Below are positions 36,505 through 46,713 of a stretch of 64,000 bases of DNA, in pieces. Source of the stretch: Entomortierella parvispora E1425 (lineage: Eukaryota > Fungi > Mortierellomycota). The first letter of the stretch is position 1. Every line of letters begins with the position of its first letter. The notes under the pieces were generated by a model, which saw nothing but the letters and a program-made list of their open reading frames with translations, was not told the origin of the DNA and ran no database searches. The stretch covers positions 1,488,001 through 1,552,000 of the forward strand of contig BQFW01000015.1 in NCBI GenBank assembly GCA_020891255.1, read 5' to 3'. The position numbers and the translations under genes are program-made.

Positions 36505-37059
36505 CTAAGAACCTCGCATCATCATCACAATGTAAACGACGCTCCCAGCCTTCACACCGTAGTCTGACAATAACCGGTCATCATCCATTTGTTTTCCCTC
36601 GTGGATGAGTCTGACCTGGTCTGGAGGGATACCTTGACGGTCCTGAACCATGCACTTGAGATTCGATACACCCGTTGAAGGAGATATTTTCAATTTGAAA
36701 GCTCTGCTCGTCTTGTCTTCCAGAAGCATTTCCATAAAAATAAAGAATGGGGCAGTCTCACTCTTTTCAAGGGGCTCCTCAGCCTGTCTTTTGACGCCGG
36801 TTGTTGCCGGAGGGTTGCCGGCGTACAATGGCGGGGGAGTCTGTAAGGCTTCCGCCGATGAAGCTGCAGGCTCGACCGAGATATTCAGTGCTGGCCCCTT
36901 GACAGTCATGGTAGTTCCGCTTTTAGAGGACTGAACCGAGACGGTGACCTCCTGAGAGGCTGCATCCTCACTGATAGAGAACGAGACCTTGCCGTCGTCG
37001 TTGTGGTGCAGCTCGAAGCGATCACTGGCGTCAGGACCAGTTGAGATGACGACTTTCAT
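36505..37059 (-). CDS. Ubiquitin-like-domain protein c (unrecognised N-domain + PPLY + UBL ending MRGS), 184 aa
   Basis: Intronless. LKISPSTGVSNLKCMVQDRQGIPPDQVRLIHEGKQMDDDRLLSDYGVKAGSVVYIVMMMRGS closely parallels ubiquitin ([30 protein letters not shown]). Confidence 0.88.
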   Translation of the reverse strand: MKVVISTGPDASDRFELHHNDDGKVSFSISEDAASQEVTVSVQSSKSGTTMTVKGPALNISVEPAASSAEALQTPPPLYAGNPPATTGVKRQAEEPLEKSETAPFFIFMEMLLEDKTSRAFKLKISPSTGVSNLKCMVQDRQGIPPDQVRLIHEGKQMDDDRLLSDYGVKAGSVVYIVMMMRGS

Positions 37060-37653
37060 AGTAGAGGTAGTCTTTTATGGCAGGTGTGTATGAGCGTGTG
37101 TTGACGCTATTATCGGATGTGGTGAAAGAGGGTGCAGAGGCTGGAAGGGCACGGTTGAAAAGGAAGAAAGAAGTTCGTTCCCAGTCGAAAAACAATCGCT
37201 CTCCTGTTTTTTTGGCTTGGCTTTGTGACACCTACAGTGGGCCCCAGGGCATCTGTAACTGCACCCCTTAAATCAGGGGGACTTGCCCGCCATGGTGCCT
37301 GCGAAGGTCCTCCCAAGTTCTCAACATGACTCAAAACCTAGCGACTATCAGGTTGAACAGCTCTACGACCCATCAAAAGGAAGGTTGATTTTCCTGAACA
37401 AACCAGTCGCAAAATGGCGAACTCTTCCAAAAAGAAAAAAAAAGAGCTCTGCGTTCAGAAAAAGATATAAGAGCGCATGCACCTCAATTGCCTCCATCAA
37501 GCTCGTAAAAGAATGGAAAACTCGTTTATTCAACGGAAAATACAAAGAAATGCAAAAATGGTATCTAATGGGGGAGGGAGGGAGGGAGGGAGGCAAGGTA
37601 CTTCTTTCAGTCTACAAGACGACAGAACAAAAAAAATCGAGCGACCCGTAACT

Positions 37654-40031
37654 CTACTTGGACACTTCCTTGTCCTTTTTCGTCTTTTCATCCTCCTCCA
37701 AAGGCATCTCAATGGCCTCTGCAAGCGTCATCTCCCCCTTGGCCTCCAAGGAGGTTCTAGCGGGTGTCGAAGGCTCTGTCGTGGCCTCAGCCTTGACATT
37801 CAATCGCACGTGCTGCAATCTAAACGTCAACAAGAACATCAGGGCCGCCATGGGGATCGTGGCCTTGAAGACCAACCTCATGCTATCTAGATAGATTCCC
37901 TCCACAACCGACCTGTAGGGCTCAGGGATGTTCACGATCGACTGAGCCGACAACATTGCAATCTCTGCATACTCTGTGGGGATGGCTGCCTTCACCAAGT
38001 TGGAGTTCAAATAGTTTTGGAACAATGCACCGTTGATGGCCACACCGAATCCAGAGCCGGTCATACGGAAAAAGTTGTGCAAGGCCGACACGGTCGCCAG
38101 ATCCTGACGTGTCACAGAGGCCTGAATGGCCACGATCAAACAAGGGAAAAGTTGACCAATTCCGAGACCGCAGACCAAGAGAACGAGGACGTGGATGGCC
38201 TTGGATGAGGTGTTGGCGAGGACGAGGCAGAGACAGATACCAACGACGGCGATAGCAGTGCCCAAAAAGATGTAGGGGCGGTACTTGCCAAACTTGGAAA
38301 CTAAAAGTCCTACCACGTTGGAGGCAATAAAGATTCCGGCCTCCAGAGGAATCATGGTCAATCCTGCGTCTGTGGCGGTCTCGTGCTCAATGATCTGTCG
38401 AACGAACGAGTGTAATTGGGAGAGTTAGTACAAGAACAATGGTACTAGTTTGGCAAGTGTGGTTGTAGATGACAAGTCATACCTGAAAGTAAATGGGCAA
38501 GTAAAAGATGAGGGTCCAGAAGGTCATGCCCATGAAAACGTTGATGCTGAGAAGAGTAACCACGTTCCTGTTCTTCCAGAGATAAGGAGGCACGATGGGA
38601 TGCTTAGCCTGCTTGGCCTCCACATACAAGAAACCGAGGATAGAGGGGACAGCCAAGACATAGAGGATGATGACAACAGGGCTATTTAGAAGGGCAAGAA
38701 AGGCGATCAGTGTTAATCAATTGAATGTCCTCCTGAGGATCCTCGAACAGCAGCGCTACGTCTTTTTTCAGTCGAGAGTTTCACTTACGAATCCCAGGCA
38801 TACATGTTGCCTCCCAAGTTAGTGGGCAACAGCAAAAACACGGCCGTGATTGCCATGAAGAATGTACCCAGCCAATCAATGCCCTTGATCTTTTCCATCA
38901 TGTTGCCTTTTGGCCTGGGCAACTTCAACATGATGGCCAACGTTGGCACGGTAATCACTGCCAATGCGACCTGGATCCAGAAGCACCAACGCCAGCTGAC
39001 CTTGTCCACAAACGCGCCTCCCATCACGGGTCCAATCAAGGCCGAAATGGCAAAGACGCCCGAGATGAACCCTTGGTACTTGCCACGGTCTCGGATCGAG
39101 ACCAGATCAGCAATGACAATGTTGGACAAAGAAAAGATACCACCGGAACCGGCACCAGTCAAGGCACGGCAAGCCAAAAACATGTTCATGGACTGACTGG
39201 CACCAGAGAGGATGGATCCGACGACAAAGATTAAAATGGCAACAAACATGGTGGGCTTGCGTCCAAAAACATTACTCATCTTGCCATAAAGACCCTGGAA
39301 GGCGTTGAAGGTGATGACATAGCAGGTAAAGACCATCTCAACCTTGTTGGAGGCATTGAATTGGGTCCCGATCTTGGGCAATGCTGTCGACACAATACTG
39401 TTGTCCAATGCGGCCATGAACATTGCCAACGCGACACTATAGGATGGAAAGAGGAGAAAAAAAAAAAGGTCAGCAGCCAAACCTCCGACCATCGCAAAAT
39501 TAAGCATGGTGACACAAGGAAGACATATTCCCGGATCGCTGTCCTTGTCTCCACAGACGATCGAAGCTGCAGTCGGTGTTGTGTTGTTGTGGATCCGTCG
39601 TGTGAGCAGTGCAACAGATATTGTCGTCTTTGCCGGAACAGAGGGGTTTGAAGTGTAGTGCATGCATGCATACTCGCATGCAACGCTATGCAACGCCATG
39701 CTTTTCTGAGATTGGAAACAGGGGCAAAAGAGAAAGGGGAGAAACAGGACAGGGTAAAGTGGCCAGAAATAACCTGGGATCCTTACCCTAAGAAGGCTGG
39801 CGCCAGTTGGCGCATGGGTAACGTTTCGACGACTTGAGCCAGGATCTCCTCTGCGGTTTTCTTCTCGACTGCGGGCACGCCACTTTCAGGGTCAACGGCG
39901 CTTTCGACCTTTGAGGAGGCAGCGATGGGCGAAGAGGAGGGTGCTGTGGACGATGCAACGGCTGGAGCGATGGTCAGGCTTGAGTCTGTCCTGCTAGGCT
40001 GAGTGCCGTTGTTGCCGTTACTGTTCTCCAT
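37654..40031 (-). CDS. MFS drug:H+ antiporter (DHA2/14-TMS type), multi-exon
   Basis: ATG 40031 (MENSNG). Motifs ALAMFMAALDNSIVSTALP, YGKMSNVFGRK (motif A), RALTGAGSGG, RDRGKYQG, IGPVMGGAF..WRWCFWI, and C-terminal FFRMTGSGFGVAI. Confidence 0.93.
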
Positions 40032-40999
40032 GATTGACAGGGGAAGGAGAAGAGAGGGGAAAGGGGAAAGAAAGAGGAGAGAGTGTGTGACTGAACTTGA
40101 GAGACAGCGATGAGACCAGGGGACTGACGATCTTTTTTTTTCCTCCTGGACGAGAAATCCCTCGGTAATGAAAAGGTGAAGTGTGAAAGGGAGACGGATC
40201 GGACAGCAATTGCCAACAACAACAGCAGCAGCAGTGAGGGCAAACAGAGGTCGATGGGGAGCAAGAAAGAAGAGCGAAAGAAGAAGAAGAAAGAGAGAAG
40301 AGAAAAGAAACTCGTCTTTAAGACGGGCAAAGAAGAACACAAAAAAAAAAAAAAAAAAAAATCCGTTATTTTCAACCCCAGCAGGGCCAAACAGTCCGCA
40401 GGTCCATGAATGCACCGCACCCTCACAGTCTGCGCCCGACCAAATTCATTGTCCCCCCACCCCCCTGCTCTGTTCCGCCATCGCTTACTTGCCCCTGCTG
40501 CTCTTAACTTCTTAAGCTTACTTTTTTTTGCTTGCCTCCTTCTCCCCTGGGTTCATCTTCCCTTGTGGAGTGCCCTGATCCCATCGGACCCATTTTAGGA
40601 GATGAAAATAAAGATTGCGGTTGGTCTCCTCGCTACCTTTTTTTTTTTTCATCTTGTGTTCCCACTGGTCTTGTGCGCTCTTTTTTTTTTTTTCTTCTCT
40701 CTCTCTCCTTCATCTTTCGCAGTTGTGGCACCTCTGGAGCTGGAGGAAAACAAAAAATATGAATGCGCTAGGCCTCCTTACTACCTTCCCCGCTTAAAAC
40801 ACTGCGGAAAAAAGCATACCCAAACCAATACCCTTCGTTCCTCCTCATTTTCTCGCACTGCGCCCTCCGGGATTGTGGATTTCTTTCAAGGTTTTCATTC
40901 CCAGGCCTATTAGTCACCGTGGGTCACACCTCACTCCCTGCTTGATATCTTCAAAAAAAGGTCATTTATTTTTATTCCAGTAATCCCTGGTTCTCAGGT

Positions 41000-42892
41000 T
41001 TACACGCACTTCTTGTTGACAATGCTCGAGCCCGTCTCATCATACTCCTTGCGCGAGATCCAGAGCTGATGGAAGGTACCCAAAGAAGCAATAATGGATC
41101 CTCCGAGCCAGCTTCCGCACTTGCGCTCCACAGTGTTTCCAGGTGCGTGCAACTTGACCTTGTATGAATGGGGTATACTGTTCAACTCCCAATGCAAACG
41201 ATCGGCAAAGCCGGGGAAAAGTGTGTTGCCTCCTGTCAACACCACGGACCCAAAGAGCGTGGGACGGAAATCAATATCGCACGACTGTGCACTGTTGAAA
41301 ATCAACTTTGGCAAGCCCACAAAGTTCTCCTGCTCTGGTGTTGGGTTCTTCAAGAAATCCTTGGGGTTGAACATGATCTCGGGCACCTTGAATCTGTCAG
41401 CTCCAAAGTTGGAGTTGTATCCGTCAGGCAGCTCAAAGGGCTTTTGTGGCCTGGAATTAATGTTTCTATTCACAATACAAAATACAATTGACAAGGTCAG
41501 CCTCAACTGGACTCATCGCACTCTTTTGGCCAGTATAGAATCGTATCCTCAAGACATCAAAGAGTTCCTTACTGTTCGTTATAAGTAGACTCGGCCACCT
41601 GGCAGACAGACTCCTTGTAGTCGTGGATCACACGCATCTGCATCATCTTATGGAAACTGGGGGTTGCAGGGCGATCTCTCAAGGTCACAATGGGCTTTTG
41701 TCCAACCTCCACAGGAGACTTCTTGGCCACCAAATACTGGGGAACAACATCGATACCATTGCTCTGGAACTGATTGAGAACCTGCTCTGACAACACATCG
41801 CCTCCAAGTGACTGGCGCATGATGCCCTTTCGCAACACATATCCGTCATACACTGGCACAACACTTGTCATATCTCCGCCAGAGTCCACAACCAAAGCGT
41901 GAGGTCTTCCTGCAGCAAATCTATTGAATACGAAAAAGGTGGATTGTCAATGAAAATGAACAATAAAATGGAATTCGCCTTTCCTAGTTTGATAGCCATA
42001 GGTCCTTTTTTTTTTTTTTGCACTTACGCAGTCATAACAGCATCCTTGGCAACAAAGAATGCAGGGAAGTTGTACTTTTCAAAAGCAAGCTCAGTCAACT
42101 TCTCACGAATCTCGCGTGTGTTCCATGATGATTCCGTGATGATCAAAGGATGCTCCGTTGGGTCACAGCGAAGTCTCTTCAAGAACGCATGGTCCCAGAT
42201 CTGCTCCAGCGCGTCCCAGTCCTCGACTATTGATTTTCGACAAGAGATAGAAATCATGGTTAGAAATCAAACAAGCATTAAAGTCGTTTTCGTCTCACAC
42301 AGAAACACACTTTCAACAAAAAATGACAAAAAAAAAGCTTCCTTACTGAGTCCATCCTTGATGGGCGACTTGATCTCCATGTCGGGTCTCCAGCAGCTAA
42401 TCTCGCCATCCCCAACATAGTACTTTCCACGCTTCGTCGTCTTATTTTTCCTAGGGACTGGTGCAGCCCCGACAGGTTGTGGGTTCAGATCGCCTCCATC
42501 AGCGTCCTTCTTATGAATGTTGTTGCTGTCGGCGCCATGCTGTGGTGATGACTGAGAGACGTCCTGCATCTGTGTGTCTTCCGAATTGTCGGCATCATCT
42601 CCCTGGTCAGCCTCGGCGGGCAAATCAACCCAACCAACAGAGGTGGGGAAAATCGATTTGGGTGTGTCCTCGCCTCCGTATCCTGCCTGCGTCCAGGTAT
42701 GGCCGACCGAAAGGACCAAGGCCGCGACTTCGTCTATTTTTTGATTGATGGACGGGTTAGGACAGTCATTATTGATCAGCATTCGAGAACGCGTTTGCCT
42801 CCTGCTTGTGTTTTCGATGGCAATCGCCGGTGCTTGTTCTGATGGTCTGAGAATGCAACAGTTGCCTCATTACCTCCACCGTAGGTTCCCAT
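41000..42892 (-). CDS. ARP4: Nuclear actin-related protein 4 (Arp4/ACTL6)
   Basis: MGTYGG|DEVAALVL..AGYGGEDTPK, EHPLIITE.SWN..REKLTELAFEKYNFPAFF, DSGGDMTSVVPVYDGY, SVVLTGGNTLFPGF.DRL, WLGGSIIASLGTFHQLWISRKEYDE. The N-terminal YGGDEV and SLGTFHQ.WIS are Arp4 signatures. Confidence 0.92.
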
Positions 42893-43031
42893 TGTCAGAT
42901 TATTTGTGAGTATGTGTGTAGGGTATGAAATGGGAGAGCGATCCATTGTTCAAGAGGAACCTCGCTCTGCAGCATTTGCGATTATACAAGATTCGGTGGC
43001 ATGAACATTTTTTTACGCCACCAATTTTATT

Positions 43032-44154
43032 TTACATCCTGCGGCGGGTGTTCTTGCTGCCTCCTTTCCGCTTTTTGAACAACGACCCTCCAGATCCCTC
43101 TGCTGGTGCCCCATCTAGTCCGTCATCCTCTCCATCCACAGGATAGGTCTTTTCTACAATCTTGAACCCTTTCAAATCCTCTGGATCAGCAGCACCCTCA
43201 TCGTCGTCGTCTGCGCCTGGGACAATATGGCTCTCGCTCCCATCCTCGTTTTTGATATTGCCATCCAGATCTCGTTTGGATGACGACTTCGATGAAGATG
43301 CCACCGGTACTGGCGCTTCGACTGTCTCCCAGGCACCAGGCTGACCTATAGTTTCATCCTTTACAGGTGTGGTGGAGGCCGCCGTTTCTTTTTTCACAGG
43401 ATTGAAAGTCACTGGTTCCGAATTCGATCCAGTTGCTTTAGACAGCGGCTGTGATATTGAGGGCTTTGTAGATGAGGCCGCTCCTGATGTATTGGGAGGT
43501 GCAGACTTGGCTGCTAACTCTGCTGCCTCCGCTGCCTCTAATGCTGCAGTCATCTCGGCTGTTGGTTGCACCAGTCCCGCTTCCACGTCCAGCTTGTACT
43601 GTTTCAATGCAGCCTAAATGACAATTAGAGAAGCGAAAAGACATTGCCTGTTAGATCAAATAGTAGGCAGGGTCCAACTAGGCTATTTTCGTACCCAAGA
43701 GCCGCACCTTTTCAATAGCGTCCATTTGCTTGTTCATTCTAGCTGTATCTGCCTCCTTTTGCCTGCCCTTTTGACTTTGATCGCGCAAGAATCTCTCCAC
43801 ATTCTCCTTGTGCTTGTTTCCTGAATCATGGATATTTCGCGTCTAAAAAAAAAAAATCGAGAAAAAATAAATAAAAAATAAAATCTAAATCAGATCGACT
43901 GTCCACCATATCAGCACTTTTCCATTCAAGGATTCATGGATCAAGTCCACCCATGATAGAAGGATCTCGGTCTTACCGATTTGTTATCAGTAATGTAGAT
44001 ATTGCAGAACCTGCAATAGAATTTTGCGTTGGACTTCCAGTACTCTGACCTATTTCAAAAAATAAAAGAAATTGGGATGGTCGCATGCATGTCAGTCCAT
44101 CCGCTTCACTTGCTTCCAATTAAAGATGAATTTTGCTGTCATTGGCAGGTACAT
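43032..44154 (-). CDS. U1/matrin-type zinc-finger protein (WBP4/FBP21-like spliceosomal factor)
   Basis: Split start AT|G (44154-44153 / 44049), then SEYWKSNAKFYCRFCNIYITDNKS|TRNIHDSGNKHKENVERF (C2H2 matrin finger), coiled coil, GAWETV and C-terminal FKKRK. Confidence 0.85.
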
Positions 44155-44300
44155 TTTCGAGATTGGACTTCCCGCGATGAGGTTAAGGTGAGGTATGAAG
44201 GAGTGGAGGAGTGCGAGTCGAAAGCGATTGAAATGAGAGGCGGCCGTCAAAGCACTCAGCATTCAGTCACGTGCAGATCAAGACGCGAGTTTTATCGATT

Positions 44301-46304
44301 TTATTTTCGCAATGTGTCAAAAAACTCGAACTCGTCCCTGTCCCAAATGACGACGTGGTCCGCTTCCTCCTCGTCCTCCTCCTCCAGTTGCTGGATATCT
44401 ATACTATACAATTCACGCCGATCCAGTTTGGTCTTTTTGTGCCCTGTAGATGACGGAATGGCGACCTTTTTCTGCTTCTTCTTCTTGCTGCTGCCTTGAG
44501 CTGGTGCGCTAGCTTTCATTTTCTTGGACTTTGGCTTCTTGTGAGCTTTAGCGTATCCAATCTCGCCATGCAGCCAATCCGTGACCTCATTGGGTCTAGC
44601 CCCTCGGGGATAAAGTACTGTCCTGTTGAACCAGCTGGTGGTTCGCATGCCTGCTAACCAAGACATGGTGCTCCTCCTCGATCCAATGACCCATCTCGCG
44701 CCACGTCCTGTTAAAACTGCTGAATCCACAAAGACAGGACTGAATGGACCTAGAACTTTGGAGGCGTCTAACAAGTTCGGGTCCACGTCGTGATCCAGTC
44801 GGTACCATCCATAGCTGTCAATCTCTTGTTTTTCCTCCTCTGACTTTGTATCCGATACCAACACCACCTTGGGCAGTCGTTTCCGTCTCGGTTGCTCCGA
44901 TTGGGTGTTCTTCTGGGCGTCGTTTGGATCAGGGTCTCCTCTCTCCACCTTGCTCCCTTTTTTGTTTTCCTCTCTGTCTTGTTTGGTTTCGTTGTTGACT
45001 CCATCGCTCCCGTCCTCATCCTCGTCCTCGTCCAGATATTCTCCAGTTTCCTTCAAGTAGTCCAAGAGGGCATCCACTTGCACCTTGTATTCTGACAAGG
45101 GAACGATACAGTCCGTCTTCTTGGACACGACGCACTTTATCTCAATATCGCCTCGTCGAAGATGAATCGCAATATAATCATCCAAGGCAGGTTTCCTTGA
45201 CAAGAACGTTTCTGCTTCGGGTCCCTGATCCAGAATTGAGTTGCCAAGGTCCCATGGAGGATGTGGATGTACCTGATGAGGTCGTTTGGGTCCCTTTGGC
45301 TTATGGCGGAATACGCTCCCTTCGCCTGCTGCTTCTGAGTTGATGGATCCTGCTGCTGGTGCCTCTGCTTTGCCTTCTGTTCCCAGCGCGGGATCATCGG
45401 ATACGACGACGGTTGTTGTTGTTGTTGTAGCGTTGGTTGTCTCGATAACATCAAATCGATCATCCGAATGTCCAAACCGATAGGCGACCAGATCCTCGAC
45501 ATAAGATGCAAACCTCGGCAAGAATCTCGCATACTGTCCAGCCTCCTCAAAACTCACGCTCCATCGATTGAAGTTCCTCTCGAATTGAACCGTGAACGTG
45601 AACGTGAAACAAAGCACCTGTTCTTGGGACCCTTGGTTGGCGGCCAGGATATCGTCCACGAACGGCACATCCTCCTCGAGCCCATACCCTGGCAAAGGGA
45701 TCGGCTGTAGGTCCAGAAGGTACTTGTAAGCAAAATCTGCACCAATGGAATCCTCTGTTGTGTTGACAAAATAGTCGTGTCCAAACCCTCGGATGACTTG
45801 ACAGCGCAAGGGCTCAGCAGTAGCCTTCCAGATCTCAGAGATCTGGGTTCTGTTTCCAATTTCGGCAATACGCAGGCTCTCAGGGTCTAGATGCTTGATA
45901 TTGTGCCACTCCACCAGCTGGATGCCTGTGTGGGCCGACATATGTTCGAGATCCATATAATGACTCCAGGGCTGATACGTTCCGAGTCGATCATGGCGAT
46001 TGGAAGTGATGGGGGGAACGACCAAGGTCCGGTTGAGTCGCTTGGCCATCGTGGCAGCATTCTGGAAAGAGTAGAACTGGTTCGAGATACCTTCGAAAGG
46101 TAGATATACGAGATACCGCTGATCAGGATCCCATCGAGATATTGGGGGAGTGTATGGTGGTTTGGTTCTCTTCAGAGCAGAGTATCCACTGGTGAGAAAG
46201 TCATGAAGATTGCTGTAACGGCCATTGTAGAGGAGAAGAAGGATAATCGAGAACGAGCCTAGGCCCACGACGAATCCAAGCCTTTGACATGTCCGTGAAC
46301 CCAT
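44301..46304 (-). CDS. O-fucosyltransferase-family (POFUT2/GT68-like) type II membrane glycosyltransferase, intronless
   Basis: ATG 46304, N-terminal anchor LGFVVGLGSFSIILLLLY, YLPFEGISNQF..A..LNRTLVVPP, YIAIHLRRGD, VLVSD, FVDSAVL...IGSRRSTMS. These are GT-B O-FucT motifs. Confidence 0.85.
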   Translation of the reverse strand: MGSRTCQRLGFVVGLGSFSIILLLLYNGRYSNLHDFLTSGYSALKRTKPPYTPPISRWDPDQRYLVYLPFEGISNQFYSFQNAATMAKRLNRTLVVPPITSNRHDRLGTYQPWSHYMDLEHMSAHTGIQLVEWHNIKHLDPESLRIAEIGNRTQISEIWKATAEPLRCQVIRGFGHDYFVNTTEDSIGADFAYKYLLDLQPIPLPGYGLEEDVPFVDDILAANQGSQEQVLCFTFTFTVQFERNFNRWSVSFEEAGQYARFLPRFASYVEDLVAYRFGHSDDRFDVIETTNATTTTTTVVVSDDPALGTEGKAEAPAAGSINSEAAGEGSVFRHKPKGPKRPHQVHPHPPWDLGNSILDQGPEAETFLSRKPALDDYIAIHLRRGDIEIKCVVSKKTDCIVPLSEYKVQVDALLDYLKETGEYLDEDEDEDGSDGVNNETKQDREENKKGSKVERGDPDPNDAQKNTQSEQPRRKRLPKVVLVSDTKSEEEKQEIDSYGWYRLDHDVDPNLLDASKVLGPFSPVFVDSAVLTGRGARWVIGSRRSTMSWLAGMRTTSWFNRTVLYPRGARPNEVTDWLHGEIGYAKAHKKPKSKKMKASAPAQGSSKKKKQKKVAIPSSTGHKKTKLDRRELYSIDIQQLEEEDEEEADHVVIWDRDEFEFFDTLRK

Positions 46305-46713
46305 TCGCTCTGAGTTTTGCGTATTTGGATATGGGAAGGATGCTTGCAGGAGGCGAGCAACAAAGCAAGATCTGGAGATGGGTGTGAGTGGTGGCAATGA
46401 CAAGCAGGATGCAGAGGGAATGAGGCGATGGATGCAAGGTCGATTGCAATGAGTTTTGATCTGGTCGGCGGTGGAATCTCTCGTTCGAGTGAAGAAAAGG
46501 AGCACGCCCAAGAATGAACGAGATCGAAATTTTTGAGGTGGGGTCTAGGCGCGTGCACTACCAGCAGGTCTGGAGTGGGAGGGCGCAAACCTGACAACGC
46601 CCTTCACCCTTTCTCTTCTTTCCGGATGTCTTTTGTCTCGTTTCTTTCTTTTTATTGTTGATCATGTTGCGGCTGCAAGTCGTTGGAGTGCCCCTTTGCA
46701 TTCAGAGGGTGCC

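Noticed and set aside
34623-37059. Crinkler (CRN) effector interpretation of the UBL genes
   Set aside because: CRN proteins have an N-terminal UBL header followed by a toxin or nuclease domain; here the UBL is C-terminal and there is no LFLAK/HVLV-type motif.
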